The notes: generated by a model not told the origin, from the letters alone. A stretch of 64,000 nucleotides of DNA from Pseudobdellovibrionaceae bacterium (GCA_039810425.1 JBDHWW010000005.1:1-64000), one strand, 5' to 3'. Counted from the first letter of the stretch, positions 8,094-18,640 are shown. Made by a program: numbers and translations.

Positions 8094-10988
8094 CTACTTA
8101 TAAGTGTCAACGCTGGGGCAAGAGCAAACCAGATTGCGGTCGCCATAAACGTTATCGACACGGCCGACAGCCGGCCAGATCTTGTTTTGGCGGATCCAAG
8201 CTAACGGATAAGCGGCCTGTTCGCGGGAGTAGGAATGATTCCATTCCGTCTTTAGCAAGCTCTCGGCCGTGTGTGGAGAGTTCACGAGTGGATTGTCTTT
8301 CAAATCCACTTTTTTGCTCTCAACCGCTTTGATTTCATTTCGAATAGAGATCATCGCTTCAATGAAACGATCGAGTTCAGCTTTCGGCTCGCTCTCAGTT
8401 GGTTCCACCATGAGTGTGCCAATCACCGGCCAAGACATCGTTGGAGCATGGAAACCGTAGTCCATCAGACGTTTGGCAACGTCCGCCACGTCAATACCAC
8501 TGGTTTTCTTGATTTCACGCAAATCCAAAATACATTCGTGAGCGACGAGGCCCTCTTTACCTTTGTATACGATCGGGTAGTGCGCTTCGAGTTTCTTCGC
8601 GATGTAGTTGGCGTTTAAAATCGCAACGAGCGTTGCTTTCTTCAAGCCTTCCGCTCCCATCATCGTGATGTACGACCAGGAAATTGGTAAAATGCTCGCG
8701 CTACCCCAAGGAGCGGAGGTTGTCGCGCTGATGCCTGTTTTGGGGCCGGCTTCAGCCTGCAAACTATGTGTCGGTAAGTATTTTTTCAAGTGCTCCGCCA
8801 CACCGATAGGACCGATACCCGGGCCGCCGCCTCCGTGTGGAATCGCAAAGGTCTTATGCAAGTTCATGTGCGAAACGTCTGCACCGAACTCCGCAGGACG
8901 GCAAAGGCCGACGAGCGCATTCATATTCGCGCCGTCCATGTATACCTGACCGCCGTTGTCGTGGATGATCTGACAGATTTCTTTAATGCTTTCTTCGAAC
9001 ACACCGTGCGTTGATGGATACGTGATCATCAACGCCGCAAGATCTTTTTTGTGTTCTTGGGCTTTGGCTTTCAAGTCGTCAACTTCCACATTGCCTTGGT
9101 TGTCACAGTTTACAACCACCACTTTCATGCCTGCCATCACTGCGGATGCGGGGTTGGTTCCGTGGGCAGAGCTCGGAATCAGGCACACGTTTCTGTGAGA
9201 TTCACCTTTGTCGATGAAGTATTTACGAATGACAAGAAGGCCCGCGTACTCTCCCGAAGCGCCGGAGTTCGGCTGCAAGCTCACGCCGGCGAAGCCCGTG
9301 ATGTCACAAAGCTTCGCTTCAAGGTCACGGATCATTTCAATATAACCCTGAATTTGCGAGGTTGGCGCAAACGGATGCATTTTATTGATCTCCGGCCAGG
9401 AAACCGGCACAAGCTCCGTCGTTGCATTGAGCTTCATGGTGCAAGACCCTAGCGGAATCATGGAGTGAGTGAGGGTCATATCCTTGTTCTGAAGCATGTG
9501 AATGTAACGGGTGATTTCGGGTTCAGAACGGTGAGTGTTAAACACTGGATGAGTCAGATATGCGCTTGCCCGAATGAACTGGGTTGGCCAGTTGTAAGAC
9601 AGACTCGCATCGAGATCTGTCGCCGTGAATGCGGCTTTCGTGCCGAGGTTAAACGCCGTGAAGATGTCATTCACAGTCTCGAGGTTGCAAGTTTCATCCA
9701 GCGACAAGCCAAGAGTGTTGCCGCCCAAGGTGCGGAAATTCATGTTGAGGGCTTCCGCCGCTTTCATGATGTCCGCTGCTTTTGGTGTGTTCACGGTGAT
9801 GGTATCGAAGTACGTTGTTGCCGGTGCCGTGAAGCCGAGCTTTTTCAAACCTTCCGCAGTAACCGCAGTCAAGCGGTTCACGCGTTGAGCGATTTTCTTT
9901 AAGCCCTCAGGGCCGTGGTAAACCGCGTACATGCTTGCCATATTGGCGAGGAGGACTTGTGCCGTACAGATATTCGAAGTCGCTTTTTCGCGTCGTATGT
10001 GCTGCTCGCGGGTTTGCAAAGCCAAGCGCAAAGCTGACTTGCCGTGAGTGTCGACGGAAACGCCGACGATACGGCCTGGCATAATGCGCTTATAAACGTC
10101 TTTCGTGGCCAGGAATGCGGCGTGTGGGCCACCGAAACCAAGTGGCACGCCGAAACGTTGCGAGTTCCCCACACAGATATCCGCACCCCATTCCCCTGGA
10201 GGAGTCAGAAGTGTCAGTGACAACAGGTCTACGGACGCCACCACCATAGTGTGGGCGTTGTGATACTTGTCCGTCATCTCTTTGTAGTCTTCGATCACGC
10301 CTTCCGTGTCAGGATACTGAACAAAAGCCGCAAAGACTGGAGTTTTGAAATCAAATGTCTTTGGGTCCTGAATGATCATATTGAATCCCAAAGGCTCCGC
10401 GCGGGTTTTCAAAACCTCGATGACATGCGGATGCATCTTCGGAGAAACCACAAATGCATTCACGTTGTCATGTTTGTGTGAAGCGTGAGCCATTGCCATC
10501 GCTTCAGCCGCCGCAGAACCTTCATCCAACAGCGAGCTATTAGAAATTTCCATACCTGTGAGGTCGATAATCATCGTTTGGAAATTCAACAATGCCTCGA
10601 GACGGCCTTGGGCGATCTCGGCCTGGTAAGGGGTGTAGGCTGTGTACCATACCGGATTCTCGAGAATATTTCTTTGAATCACGCTTGGAGTGATGGTGTC
10701 GTAGAAACCCATGCCCAGCAGTGATCTGCGCACTTTGTTTTTCGATATTGTTTTTTTGAGGTTCGCAAGAAGCTCGTACTCAGAGACACCGTTGCCGACG
10801 ACAGGATAGTTTTTAGAAGTGCGAATCTTTTGCGGAACAACCTGGTTTGCCATCTCTTCGAGAGAAGAAAAGCCGAGCTCTTTCAGCATGGATTGGATAT
10901 CTTCATCACGGGGACCGATGTGACGGCCCATGAATTCTTTTTGAGGAGAGTTGTTGGAATAGTTCAATGAGAAGGTGTTTGATTTCAT
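8094..10988 (-). CDS. gcvP: Glycine dehydrogenase (decarboxylating), P protein
   Basis: [40 protein letters not shown] lysine in [18 protein letters not shown]; start set at ATG 10988. Confidence 0.97.
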   Translation of the reverse strand: MKSNTFSLNYSNNSPQKEFMGRHIGPRDEDIQSMLKELGFSSLEEMANQVVPQKIRTSKNYPVVGNGVSEYELLANLKKTISKNKVRRSLLGMGFYDTITPSVIQRNILENPVWYTAYTPYQAEIAQGRLEALLNFQTMIIDLTGMEISNSSLLDEGSAAAEAMAMAHASHKHDNVNAFVVSPKMHPHVIEVLKTRAEPLGFNMIIQDPKTFDFKTPVFAAFVQYPDTEGVIEDYKEMTDKYHNAHTMVVASVDLLSLTLLTPPGEWGADICVGNSQRFGVPLGFGGPHAAFLATKDVYKRIMPGRIVGVSVDTHGKSALRLALQTREQHIRREKATSNICTAQVLLANMASMYAVYHGPEGLKKIAQRVNRLTAVTAEGLKKLGFTAPATTYFDTITVNTPKAADIMKAAEALNMNFRTLGGNTLGLSLDETCNLETVNDIFTAFNLGTKAAFTATDLDASLSYNWPTQFIRASAYLTHPVFNTHRSEPEITRYIHMLQNKDMTLTHSMIPLGSCTMKLNATTELVPVSWPEINKMHPFAPTSQIQGYIEMIRDLEAKLCDITGFAGVSLQPNSGASGEYAGLLVIRKYFIDKGESHRNVCLIPSSAHGTNPASAVMAGMKVVVVNCDNQGNVEVDDLKAKAQEHKKDLAALMITYPSTHGVFEESIKEICQIIHDNGGQVYMDGANMNALVGLCRPAEFGADVSHMNLHKTFAIPHGGGGPGIGPIGVAEHLKKYLPTHSLQAEAGPKTGISATTSAPWGSASILPISWSYITMMGAEGLKKATLVAILNANYIAKKLEAHYPIVYKGKEGLVAHECILDLREIKKTSGIDVADVAKRLMDYGFHAPTMSWPVIGTLMVEPTESEPKAELDRFIEAMISIRNEIKAVESKKVDLKDNPLVNSPHTAESLLKTEWNHSYSREQAAYPLAWIRQNKIWPAVGRVDNVYGDRNLVCSCPSVDTYK

Positions 10989-11199
10989 GCCACGTTCCTT
11001 GGAAATTTGGGCCACAAGTTATCACACTCCCGGGAGGGGATAAAGTCTTGGGGTTCGGGAGCGCTTTGTCATGTTGGTTTTTCGGGCACCCGATCGAGGT
11101 TTTGGGCTCGCGCGGCACTGAAAGCGGTGCTTTGGGGAATAAAAAAGGCCCCTTTTCCGGGAGCGAGCCAGGATGGTGGACTCGAACGGAGGCGGAAAC

Positions 11200-11237
11200 A
11201 AAGAAAAACCCACACCTCGGTAAAAGGTGTGGGTCAT
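11200..11237 (-). terminator. Intrinsic terminator; copy 1 of a dispersed 38-bp element
   Basis: ACCCACACCT-loop-AGGTGTGGGT stem with a minus-strand TTTTCTTT tail; 35/38 identical to 62915-62952. Confidence 0.8.
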
Positions 11238-11285
11238 AGTTAGAGTATTGAGCTCAGGCTTTTTACTGTTTTTTGATTTTGAAAA

Positions 11286-11642
11286 CTAAGCGCGTTTCTT
11301 TGAAACGGTCTTTTTAGCCGCCGTCGTTTTTCTCTTTGCCGCTGTTGCGGTTTTTTTAACCGCCGTCTTAGCCGGCTTGGCAGTTTTCTTGGCGGTCTTT
11401 ACTTGAAGAGATTTTGCCTTCGCACGCAATTCTTTTTCAATTTTTGTTTTTTGTGAGAGCAATTGCTTTTTGTAAGACATGATATTTTTCTCGACATCGC
11501 CTGCGGATTTTTTGAATCTGTTGAGAGTCTTGTTCATCTCGTCGTTCAACTTATTTTGCAATACGTGGACTTCGTGAATCATCGCTTGTACGCGTGCATT
11601 TTTAGAGAGTTCATTAACAAGTTGTTGGATTTTGCCTTCCAT
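11286..11642 (-). CDS. Small basic protein: coiled coil plus Lys/Ala/Thr-rich histone-H1-like tail
   Basis: AGGAG RBS; C-terminal KTAKKTAKPAKTAVKKTATAAKRK repeats. Confidence 0.75.
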   Translation of the reverse strand: MEGKIQQLVNELSKNARVQAMIHEVHVLQNKLNDEMNKTLNRFKKSAGDVEKNIMSYKKQLLSQKTKIEKELRAKAKSLQVKTAKKTAKPAKTAVKKTATAAKRKTTAAKKTVSKKRA

Positions 11643-11751
11643 TTTTCCGCTCCTTAAAAAAAGCTAATCAGTAAGCTAACTCGTTTATAACCCTGCAGGG
11701 GCCAAATGAAAAGCCCCCTGCAATAATTTTACGAAAGGGTCATTTCGCGGC

Positions 11752-13077
11752 TTAGAGCGTGAAACTGAAGTCTTTGATCAGCATTCCTGGAAGATTCTTG
11801 CCGCCTAGTTCACGTTGTATATAAGTCGCAGTGGTCGGATTGACTCTTTGGAAATCAGTCACTTCCTGCAAGCCGTCGCCCAAAATATCGAAAAGACTGA
11901 CATCAAAGCGCATATCTTCGATTGGGGCGACCACTTCACCGTTTTCAACCCATAAACAGGCATAGCGAGTCATGCCGGTGATGCGGGCATTTTGCAAATC
12001 GCTCCAGTTTAAGTAGTGCAAGTTCGACAAATACAAGCCCGTGTCCAGGCGTTTCAGGATTTCATTTTCCTTTAAGGTGCCGGGGGCAATTTCTATCGCG
12101 CGGGGGACTTCCCCCTCGTTGGCGTGGTTATTCGCTAATCCATATTCTTTGGCGCTGCGGGAATTCACGAGCAAATGCTCGAGTTGGCCTTCTTTGATGA
12201 GAGTCATTTTCTCGGGCGCGAGTTCGCCTAACCGGTTGAATCTGGGAGTCAGGCCCAAATGGAAATTTTCCGACATCGAAAATTTAGAGGAAAACTTGCG
12301 CTCACCGTCTTTGAGCTTTTTCAATGCACAAGTTCCTGTTTTGTAGGCCCGCGCGCTGAGCCCGCCCCATTCAAACATCGTGGTCAGTTCCGACACCGCC
12401 GCCGGTGCGAGGTATACGCGGTACTTACCCGGTTCGAGCCTTTTACGCGGGCGGTTCATCACGGCAAGTTGCATCGAGGACTGACGGAGGCTGTTTTCAA
12501 AATCCGCCTGCTTCCATTGAAAACCGGCATAGACCGTTTTCACGGCACGCTCGCCATCATAGAGGGAATAATCCATGAAGAAACTCTCGTTGCCGAACCA
12601 GTGGTTCTGTCCTTTGGAGTTACGATTTCCCATTTCAATGAGGCCGCCGGCGTAGAGTCCGGCCAGGTCGTGTTCACGCGCGGGTTTTGAAATGGCTTCT
12701 ATCAGTGCGGCGCCTTGAAGAAGCTTTCCCTCAAAGTGCGCCTCACTGGTTCCATTATTCACAAACGGGACCAGAAAGGGATCTTGTGGCAGGTTCGGCG
12801 CTTCGGAACGCGCTTCTAAGAGCAGCTTTTTTGCTTCAACCAGGTCCCACTCTTTATCGATCTGCGCACAGAAGGATTTGCTCAGGCGGCGGCCGTTCTT
12901 ATCAAACACCAGGCTGATTTCTTTTTGGCCGACGGAAGTGTTTTGCCGGACCTTGCTCTGATTCCAACGCACGTAATCCGTGTCTTCCCCGCGGAAGTCG
13001 ACGGTGAGGGCCTCATCTGGGTGGAGTTCATTGAAAAGCGCTTCGGCAACGTGGTTAAAAACTTCGCGTTGACTCAT
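11752..13077 (-). CDS. TldE/PmbA-family protein
   Basis: PGKYRVYLAPAA, YLSNLHYLN, TGMTRYACLWVENG; stop/start overlap with the TldD gene. Confidence 0.85.
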   Translation of the reverse strand: MSQREVFNHVAEALFNELHPDEALTVDFRGEDTDYVRWNQSKVRQNTSVGQKEISLVFDKNGRRLSKSFCAQIDKEWDLVEAKKLLLEARSEAPNLPQDPFLVPFVNNGTSEAHFEGKLLQGAALIEAISKPAREHDLAGLYAGGLIEMGNRNSKGQNHWFGNESFFMDYSLYDGERAVKTVYAGFQWKQADFENSLRQSSMQLAVMNRPRKRLEPGKYRVYLAPAAVSELTTMFEWGGLSARAYKTGTCALKKLKDGERKFSSKFSMSENFHLGLTPRFNRLGELAPEKMTLIKEGQLEHLLVNSRSAKEYGLANNHANEGEVPRAIEIAPGTLKENEILKRLDTGLYLSNLHYLNWSDLQNARITGMTRYACLWVENGEVVAPIEDMRFDVSLFDILGDGLQEVTDFQRVNPTTATYIQRELGGKNLPGMLIKDFSFTL

Positions 13078-14516
13078 TACACACCTCCGAAAACTTCAAT
13101 GTTTGAGAACAGGCAGTAGGGCGAAGAGTGTGCCACGCGGATAATCTGGCTCGGTTCGCCTTTGCCACAGTAAGGACTGCCGTGGTTTTCATAAGTTTGG
13201 GCATTGCCGACAGCTTTCAAACTATTCCAGAACTGCAGAGTTCGGCCGCGGTAATTTGGATTTTTCACCGTTTGAGTTATTTCACCGTTTTCGATCAACT
13301 GGCCGTATTCGCAGCCGAACTGGAACTTGTTGCGGTAGTCATCGATGGACCAGGATTTGTTGGTCTTCATCACGATGCCGTGTTGGACCGACTTAATCAT
13401 GTCATCGAGAGTCGCCGTGCCTGGTTCGACGTTGATGTTTGCCATGCGGTCAATCGGAGCGCGATTCCAGCTCGAAGCTCGTTGGTTTGCGACTCCCGGA
13501 AGACCGAGACGCTTTTGCGACTCAAGTCCGCCAAGACCGCGGAGGAGTTTGCCGTTTTTAATCAAGTACTCGCGGGTGGCAGGGGTGCCGACATCATCAA
13601 AGGCATAGGATGCGAACTGACCTTGCTCGCTCGGATCAAACACGACATTCAGAAGGTGCGAGCCATACTGAAGATGCCCGAAGTTTTCAGGTTTAATGAA
13701 GCTCCAGCCGGCGAAATTTCTTTCATCACCCAGAATACGATCAAGCTCCAGCGGGTGGCCGATGGACTCGTGGATCTGTAGCTGCATCTGATCAGGTGCA
13801 ATCAATAAATCCATCGTGCCGGTCGGGCAGTTCGGAGCGGCAAGCAGCTCCAAGGCCTCTTCGCCATTCACGCGGCAAAGATCCAAGAGTTGTGGATCGC
13901 GTAGAACTTCAGCACCCGCTTGGAGGGAGTTCCCCATGTTGCGGGTTTGCGTGTCTTGACCGTCTTGAGCAGTGGCGCGGAACAGTGTTGTGACAAGATC
14001 AAAGTTCTGGCTCCACTCTGCGCCGGAGGAAGACAGGTACTGAATTTCGGTTTCTGTCAGCATGGCATAGGCTTCGCGGGACACGATTTTGTCAGAAACC
14101 TTTAGGGCTTTCGAGGCCTTCAGCAAGATGTCGACCGTTTCAGCGGTTCCAAGGGTGCTTAGGCGGTGAAGATACGGGCTCTGGAAGTTGCCGCGAGATG
14201 AAGGGCGCTGATCAAGATTGAACTCAGCGGCCTTCGCACGGGAAGCTTGAGTTGAAAGCTCACGGGCTTTGTTGAAGGCGTGCCTCATTCCTTCGGGGGT
14301 CAGGCTGCTCGTGGCCGCATAGCCCAAGTGGCCATCGACCATCACTTCAATCATCACGCCTTGATCTCGTTTTGAAGAGTGGGCCTCGGGATGTTCGTTG
14401 CGGATCATGTGCTGGTTTGTTTTCTCGGAGTAGAATCTCAGGCCTACCCAATCGACCTGATTTTTAAAATCCGCGAGGGACTTTGTGAAGGTGGCGGAGA
14501 TTGTGGAATGGGTCAT
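13077..14516 (-). CDS. tldD: TldD-family metalloprotease
   Basis: IHESIGHPLELDRILG zinc motif, PIDRMAN, CGKGEP; start set at ATG 14516. Confidence 0.88.
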   Translation of the reverse strand: MTHSTISATFTKSLADFKNQVDWVGLRFYSEKTNQHMIRNEHPEAHSSKRDQGVMIEVMVDGHLGYAATSSLTPEGMRHAFNKARELSTQASRAKAAEFNLDQRPSSRGNFQSPYLHRLSTLGTAETVDILLKASKALKVSDKIVSREAYAMLTETEIQYLSSSGAEWSQNFDLVTTLFRATAQDGQDTQTRNMGNSLQAGAEVLRDPQLLDLCRVNGEEALELLAAPNCPTGTMDLLIAPDQMQLQIHESIGHPLELDRILGDERNFAGWSFIKPENFGHLQYGSHLLNVVFDPSEQGQFASYAFDDVGTPATREYLIKNGKLLRGLGGLESQKRLGLPGVANQRASSWNRAPIDRMANINVEPGTATLDDMIKSVQHGIVMKTNKSWSIDDYRNKFQFGCEYGQLIENGEITQTVKNPNYRGRTLQFWNSLKAVGNAQTYENHGSPYCGKGEPSQIIRVAHSSPYCLFSNIEVFGGV

Positions 14517-14665
14517 TTTGGCTCCTATTCGAGCTGGCAAACAGTTTGCAATTGTTACAAGCGAGACGAAGGTTCAAAGTTACGGTGTCAGGACGTCCCT
14601 AGCCTCGGTTCTGGACGTTCGGACTCTAGATGTCAACAACATGAAATGGCAAAATAAGAGGCGTT

Positions 14666-15052
14666 ATGAAACAACTCATCGGAATCACCCTTATCCTCCT
14701 CAGCGTGAACTTGTGGACCACTCTAGCGTCGGCGTCGCAAGCCTGCAAATATGTTTCCGAAGGCGCTGTCCAGCAATCTTGGAAGAAAATCAGAATTCAG
14801 AGCCTGAGCGGTGCAATGGTCGCCGGCGCTGATAATTTTTCCGAAGCCATTTCCATGGGGCAAAACCTGGTGGACTCGCAAATTTGCTCTCCGAGGGTTC
14901 AGGACTGTCGCATGGCAAGTGAAGGCATCGTGGGCGGTGTATGGATGAAGCACCGTTTGCAGATGGACGGGGACATGGTTTTCGGAGCTGATGACATGGC
15001 GACGGCGTTGGGCCAGCTCTCCATGCTTCGCCGCATGGGTTTCTGCCAGTAG
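14666..15052 (+). CDS. Hypothetical secreted Cys-containing protein
   Basis: GAGG RBS, signal peptide ending ASA, four Cys; stop overlaps the epmA start. Confidence 0.7.
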   Translation: MKQLIGITLILLSVNLWTTLASASQACKYVSEGAVQQSWKKIRIQSLSGAMVAGADNFSEAISMGQNLVDSQICSPRVQDCRMASEGIVGGVWMKHRLQMDGDMVFGADDMATALGQLSMLRRMGFCQ

Positions 15053-16290
15053 TGACTCGAGCGGAGTTCTTAGCCCAGAAATGGAATCGTTACCCTCTTC
15101 TTCCGAAGGGGGTTTCTTTTATCGGCCGTATTCATGAAATTCACCCTTACGATCAGGAATGGAAAGTCACCCTCCTGCGCGAGGGGAAGGCTCACCATCG
15201 TATTTTTCCTGGTTTGGTGCTATTGGAGTCTCAGGCGGTCGAGGCGGTTCGGTTGCTGATTGTCGGTGATTTGGTGGCGATCTCGGATAGCGGGGTCGTG
15301 ACGTTGCTCGCTCCCCATATTCAGAAATTACCGGCAAGGGTTTTGCGTTTAGAGTCTCTGCGTCTGTGGCAAGATTACGTATACTGGATGCGCGAATATT
15401 TCCGGGAGCAGGAGTTTGTCGAGGTACGCACGCCGTCCTTAGTGCCGTGTCCGGGGACGGAGCCGTCGCTTGATGTTTTCAGCACGGAGTTTGTGAATGG
15501 ATCTCGCCGTCAGAAATTGTACTTACCGACGAGCCCGGAGCTGCACTTGAAAAAAACCTTGGCGTTGGGCGCCGAGAAGATTTTTGAAATAAAGAATGTT
15601 TTTAGAAACGGCGAGGTCACGGATCACCACCAGCCGGAGTTCACGATGATCGAGTGGTATCGTGCCTATGACGGCATGCCAGCGATTCAGCGGGATGTGG
15701 CGGAATTGGTGCATTACTTGGTTCGTAAGATGCCGGCGCTGAAGGCCCCGTCGGGCTTTGACACGGTTCAGATTCCTCAGTTGTTTTACCAGCACTGCGG
15801 TGACGAGCTGTGCCCGGATACGACACTGGAGCAAATGAAGGCTGTGGCGGCAAAGGCGGGAGTGGACGTGTCGTCAGCAAAGACGATCGACGACTACTTC
15901 TTCCTGATCTTCATGGAGAAAATTGAAACGCAGTTTAACCCGGATCGTTTGATCTTCGTAGAAAAATATCCGCCATATCAAGCGGCTTTAGCGCGCCTGA
16001 CAGCGGACGGCTGGGGCGATCGTTTCGAAGTGTACTGGCAGGGATTAGAAATCGCCAATGCCTTCCACGAGCTCAACGACCCAGCCGTGCAAAAGCAACG
16101 ATTTGCCGAAGACCTGGCTAAGAAGCGCGCCATGGGCAAAGAGGAAATTTCGTTGGATGCCGAGTTCATGCAGTGCCTCGAAGCCGGAATGCCGCCATCA
16201 GCCGGCATCGCCTTGGGAGTCGAGCGCCTATTCATGGCGCTCACAGGCATCACCAATATTTCTGACACGCGTTTGTTCCCGATGAAATGA
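15052..16290 (+). CDS. epmA: EF-P lysine ligase EpmA/GenX with N-terminal extension
   Basis: EVRTPSL, YLPTSPELHLK, FRNGE..HQPEFTMIEWY, RFEVY..GLEIANAFHELND, GMPPSAGIALGVERL. Confidence 0.88.
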   Translation: MTRAEFLAQKWNRYPLLPKGVSFIGRIHEIHPYDQEWKVTLLREGKAHHRIFPGLVLLESQAVEAVRLLIVGDLVAISDSGVVTLLAPHIQKLPARVLRLESLRLWQDYVYWMREYFREQEFVEVRTPSLVPCPGTEPSLDVFSTEFVNGSRRQKLYLPTSPELHLKKTLALGAEKIFEIKNVFRNGEVTDHHQPEFTMIEWYRAYDGMPAIQRDVAELVHYLVRKMPALKAPSGFDTVQIPQLFYQHCGDELCPDTTLEQMKAVAAKAGVDVSSAKTIDDYFFLIFMEKIETQFNPDRLIFVEKYPPYQAALARLTADGWGDRFEVYWQGLEIANAFHELNDPAVQKQRFAEDLAKKRAMGKEEISLDAEFMQCLEAGMPPSAGIALGVERLFMALTGITNISDTRLFPMK

Positions 16291-16471
16291 TGAACAAGAA
16301 CCTTTGGCTTTTATCAGAACCCTGACTTCACTTCTTGTTTCTCTATTATCAAAGCTTAAAGGGAGGTCCCTCAAAGACCTTTTCGATCTTCGCCCTTTTA
16401 CTAAGATTTTTTCTTGGGGGAAGCAGTTTAGGGCCGCTCTCTCCCCAGGAGTTCATACCAAACCCGACGTG

Positions 16472-16837
16472 CTACTCTCGTAAATCGGCGACCATTTTTT
16501 CGGCGCCGGAGAGGCGGTACCAGACCCGCTCGGAGAAGATGAATAGCAGAATCATGAAAGGCAGTAAGAAAAATGCGCCGAAAACTCCGAACAAGATCCA
16601 CAGACGCACTTCGAGGTCTTGGGGGATCAGGAAGATGCCCACGACGATGGAGCCGGTGAAGCCCACCACCATCAACTGCAAAAAGACGAATAATAATACG
16701 GAGCCCGCGAGAGATTTACGGAGTACTTGCAGGGCGCGCAAGTAAGCTAAGACTCCTTTTTTTCGAATGCTACGCGCGGCCTTCTTGTATAAGAAAGAGC
16801 GCACGAACATGAAAAAAAAGTCTTTTAAGAAATTCAT
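16472..16837 (-). CDS. Hypothetical two-TM membrane protein
   Basis: 121 aa with two hydrophobic segments; follows the DUF883-like gene. Confidence 0.7.
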   Translation of the reverse strand: MNFLKDFFFMFVRSFLYKKAARSIRKKGVLAYLRALQVLRKSLAGSVLLFVFLQLMVVGFTGSIVVGIFLIPQDLEVRLWILFGVFGAFFLLPFMILLFIFSERVWYRLSGAEKMVADLRE

Positions 16838-16847
16838 TCTTATTTGC

Positions 16848-17141
16848 CTATTTGCGGTTGCTGCCGAAAATCCAGCCTAAGACAAACGCCACGAAGCCCA
16901 CCACGCCCAAAGCAACCCATGGGTTTGTCTTTACTTGCTCTTCGATTTGGCCCTTTGTGGCCTTTACTTCATTTTCTGCGCGGGTCTTCACGTCTTCCAA
17001 AAGAGGGCGTAAGGCCTCGAGAGCCTTTTGGATTTCTTTATAGTCCTTCTCCAGGTGATCACGGAGATCTTGGGCCTTCGAGTGCCCAGCAGATTCGAGA
17101 TTTGAAATAGCTTCCGACAGTGATCCGGGATTTTTGCTCAT
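16848..17141 (-). CDS. DUF883/ElaB/YqjD-like tail-anchored protein
   Basis: Helical body ending VKTNPWVALGVVGFVAFVLGWIF; AAGGAG RBS before ATG 17141. Confidence 0.8.
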   Translation of the reverse strand: MSKNPGSLSEAISNLESAGHSKAQDLRDHLEKDYKEIQKALEALRPLLEDVKTRAENEVKATKGQIEEQVKTNPWVALGVVGFVAFVLGWIFGSNRK

Positions 17142-17191
17142 TGGGGGCTCCTTAGTTCGGCCTGCATACGAGCGGGCCAACTCAAGCCTGC

Positions 17192-17218
17192 TTATCGGCA
17201 GGCGAACTTACCTGTTTA
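17192..17218 (-). promoter_or_regulatory. Sigma-28 (FliA) promoter
   Basis: Exact TAAA-N15-GCCGATAA on the minus strand, 50 bp upstream of the DUF883-like gene. Confidence 0.8.
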
Positions 17219-17346
17219 GATCGGCATTTTTTGCAGACTTATGAAGCAGTAAAAAACTCCCAACTTACCTAAAGGTCTGGCTTATTTCACCCTAACAGGA
17301 TAAAAATCCAGGTCTAATTTCGAACTTTTTAGGCCCCTCCGGCCAG

Positions 17347-18549
17347 GTGACATCCGTGAAAATCAATCGCCATCTTCTCAGCGAACTTATGACCTCTCTC
17401 GAAGAAGTGTTCTTCGATGGCAAATATGCGGACAAGGTCATTGAGTCTTGCTTTAAACACAACAAAGACTGGTCGGCCGGAGAGCGAAAATTCTATGCTG
17501 AAACTATCTATGGCGTCCTTCGCTGGGAGCGCTTGCTGGTGTTTATTGCCGGCGATGAAAGCCTTGCGCGCGTGATCGGGGCGCAGTGGTTGCGCAGTGG
17601 TCATGATCTGCCGCATTGGGAAGAGTTCGAAGGGCTCAGCTACGATTTCGTGAAAAGCCAAGAGAAGAAAGCCACTGGCAGGTTTGCCATCAAGCAATCC
17701 ATTCCGGATTGGATGGACGAGCTCGGCCGCAAAGAACTCGGTACGGAGACGTGGGAGAAAACCGTCATCGCGATGAATCAGCCGGCAGATCTTTACCTCC
17801 GTGTAAATGCTCTCAAAGCCACGCCTGATGAGGTCATCGCGGCATTGGCATCCAGTGAAATCGTCGCAGAGAAAGTCTCAGACGAACCTTCTTGCACCCT
17901 TAAGGTGAAAGACCGCAAAGAGCTTTTCAAAACAGACGCTTTCCGCAACGGCTTCTTCGAGATTCAAGATGCGGGTTCGCAGATGATCGTGCCACTACTG
18001 GACGTGCAACCCGGACATCGCGTGATCGATGCTTGTGCCGGTTCGGGCGGCAAGAGCCTCCACATCGCGGCTTACATGCAGAACAAAGGTCGCCTTATTT
18101 CCATGGATATCAAAGAGTGGAAGCTGCATGAACTCAAACTCCGTGCCCGTCGCGCCGGAGCAACGAACGTTGAAACACGCGTGATTGAGTCTTCAAAGAC
18201 GATCAAGCGGCTGAAAGAACAAGCTGATCGTGTGCTCCTCGATGTACCGTGTACGGGCCTCGGCGTTCTTCGTCGTAATCCCGATGCAAAATGGCGTCTG
18301 CACGCAGAAGACATCGCGGAGATCCAAAAAGAGCAATACCAAATCCTGACGAGTTATTCCGCCATGACGAAAAAGGGTGGACTCATGGTTTATTCGACGT
18401 GCAGTATTCTGCCGTCAGAAAATGAAAACCAGATCGGGAAGTTTCTGAAGGAAAAAAACGGAGACTGGCGTCTTCTAAAAGAACTCCATCTCCGTCCAGA
18501 TGTCGAGGGCTTCGATGGTTTTTACGCGGCCCTCTTAAAACGCAATTAA
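17347..18549 (+). CDS. RsmB/NOL1/NOP2-family RNA m5C methyltransferase
   Basis: FEIQDAGSQ, IDACAGSGGKS, LLDVPCTGLG, VYSTCS, DGFYAA. Confidence 0.9.
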   Translation: MTSVKINRHLLSELMTSLEEVFFDGKYADKVIESCFKHNKDWSAGERKFYAETIYGVLRWERLLVFIAGDESLARVIGAQWLRSGHDLPHWEEFEGLSYDFVKSQEKKATGRFAIKQSIPDWMDELGRKELGTETWEKTVIAMNQPADLYLRVNALKATPDEVIAALASSEIVAEKVSDEPSCTLKVKDRKELFKTDAFRNGFFEIQDAGSQMIVPLLDVQPGHRVIDACAGSGGKSLHIAAYMQNKGRLISMDIKEWKLHELKLRARRAGATNVETRVIESSKTIKRLKEQADRVLLDVPCTGLGVLRRNPDAKWRLHAEDIAEIQKEQYQILTSYSAMTKKGGLMVYSTCSILPSENENQIGKFLKEKNGDWRLLKELHLRPDVEGFDGFYAALLKRN

Positions 18550-18640
18550 TATTTGTCCGGGCGGAAAGGTTTCGCAGGGGCCTTGATACCGACCCAGCAT
18601 TGAACCGATACTGTGTCGAAACGCTCCTGAGGGAAAATAC

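Noticed and set aside
10989..11285. Glycine riboswitch or tRNA fragment (GTTCGAGTCC) upstream of gcvP
   Set aside because: No GGAGA/CCGAAG/CTCAGG aptamer motifs; the T-loop-like word has no pairing stem
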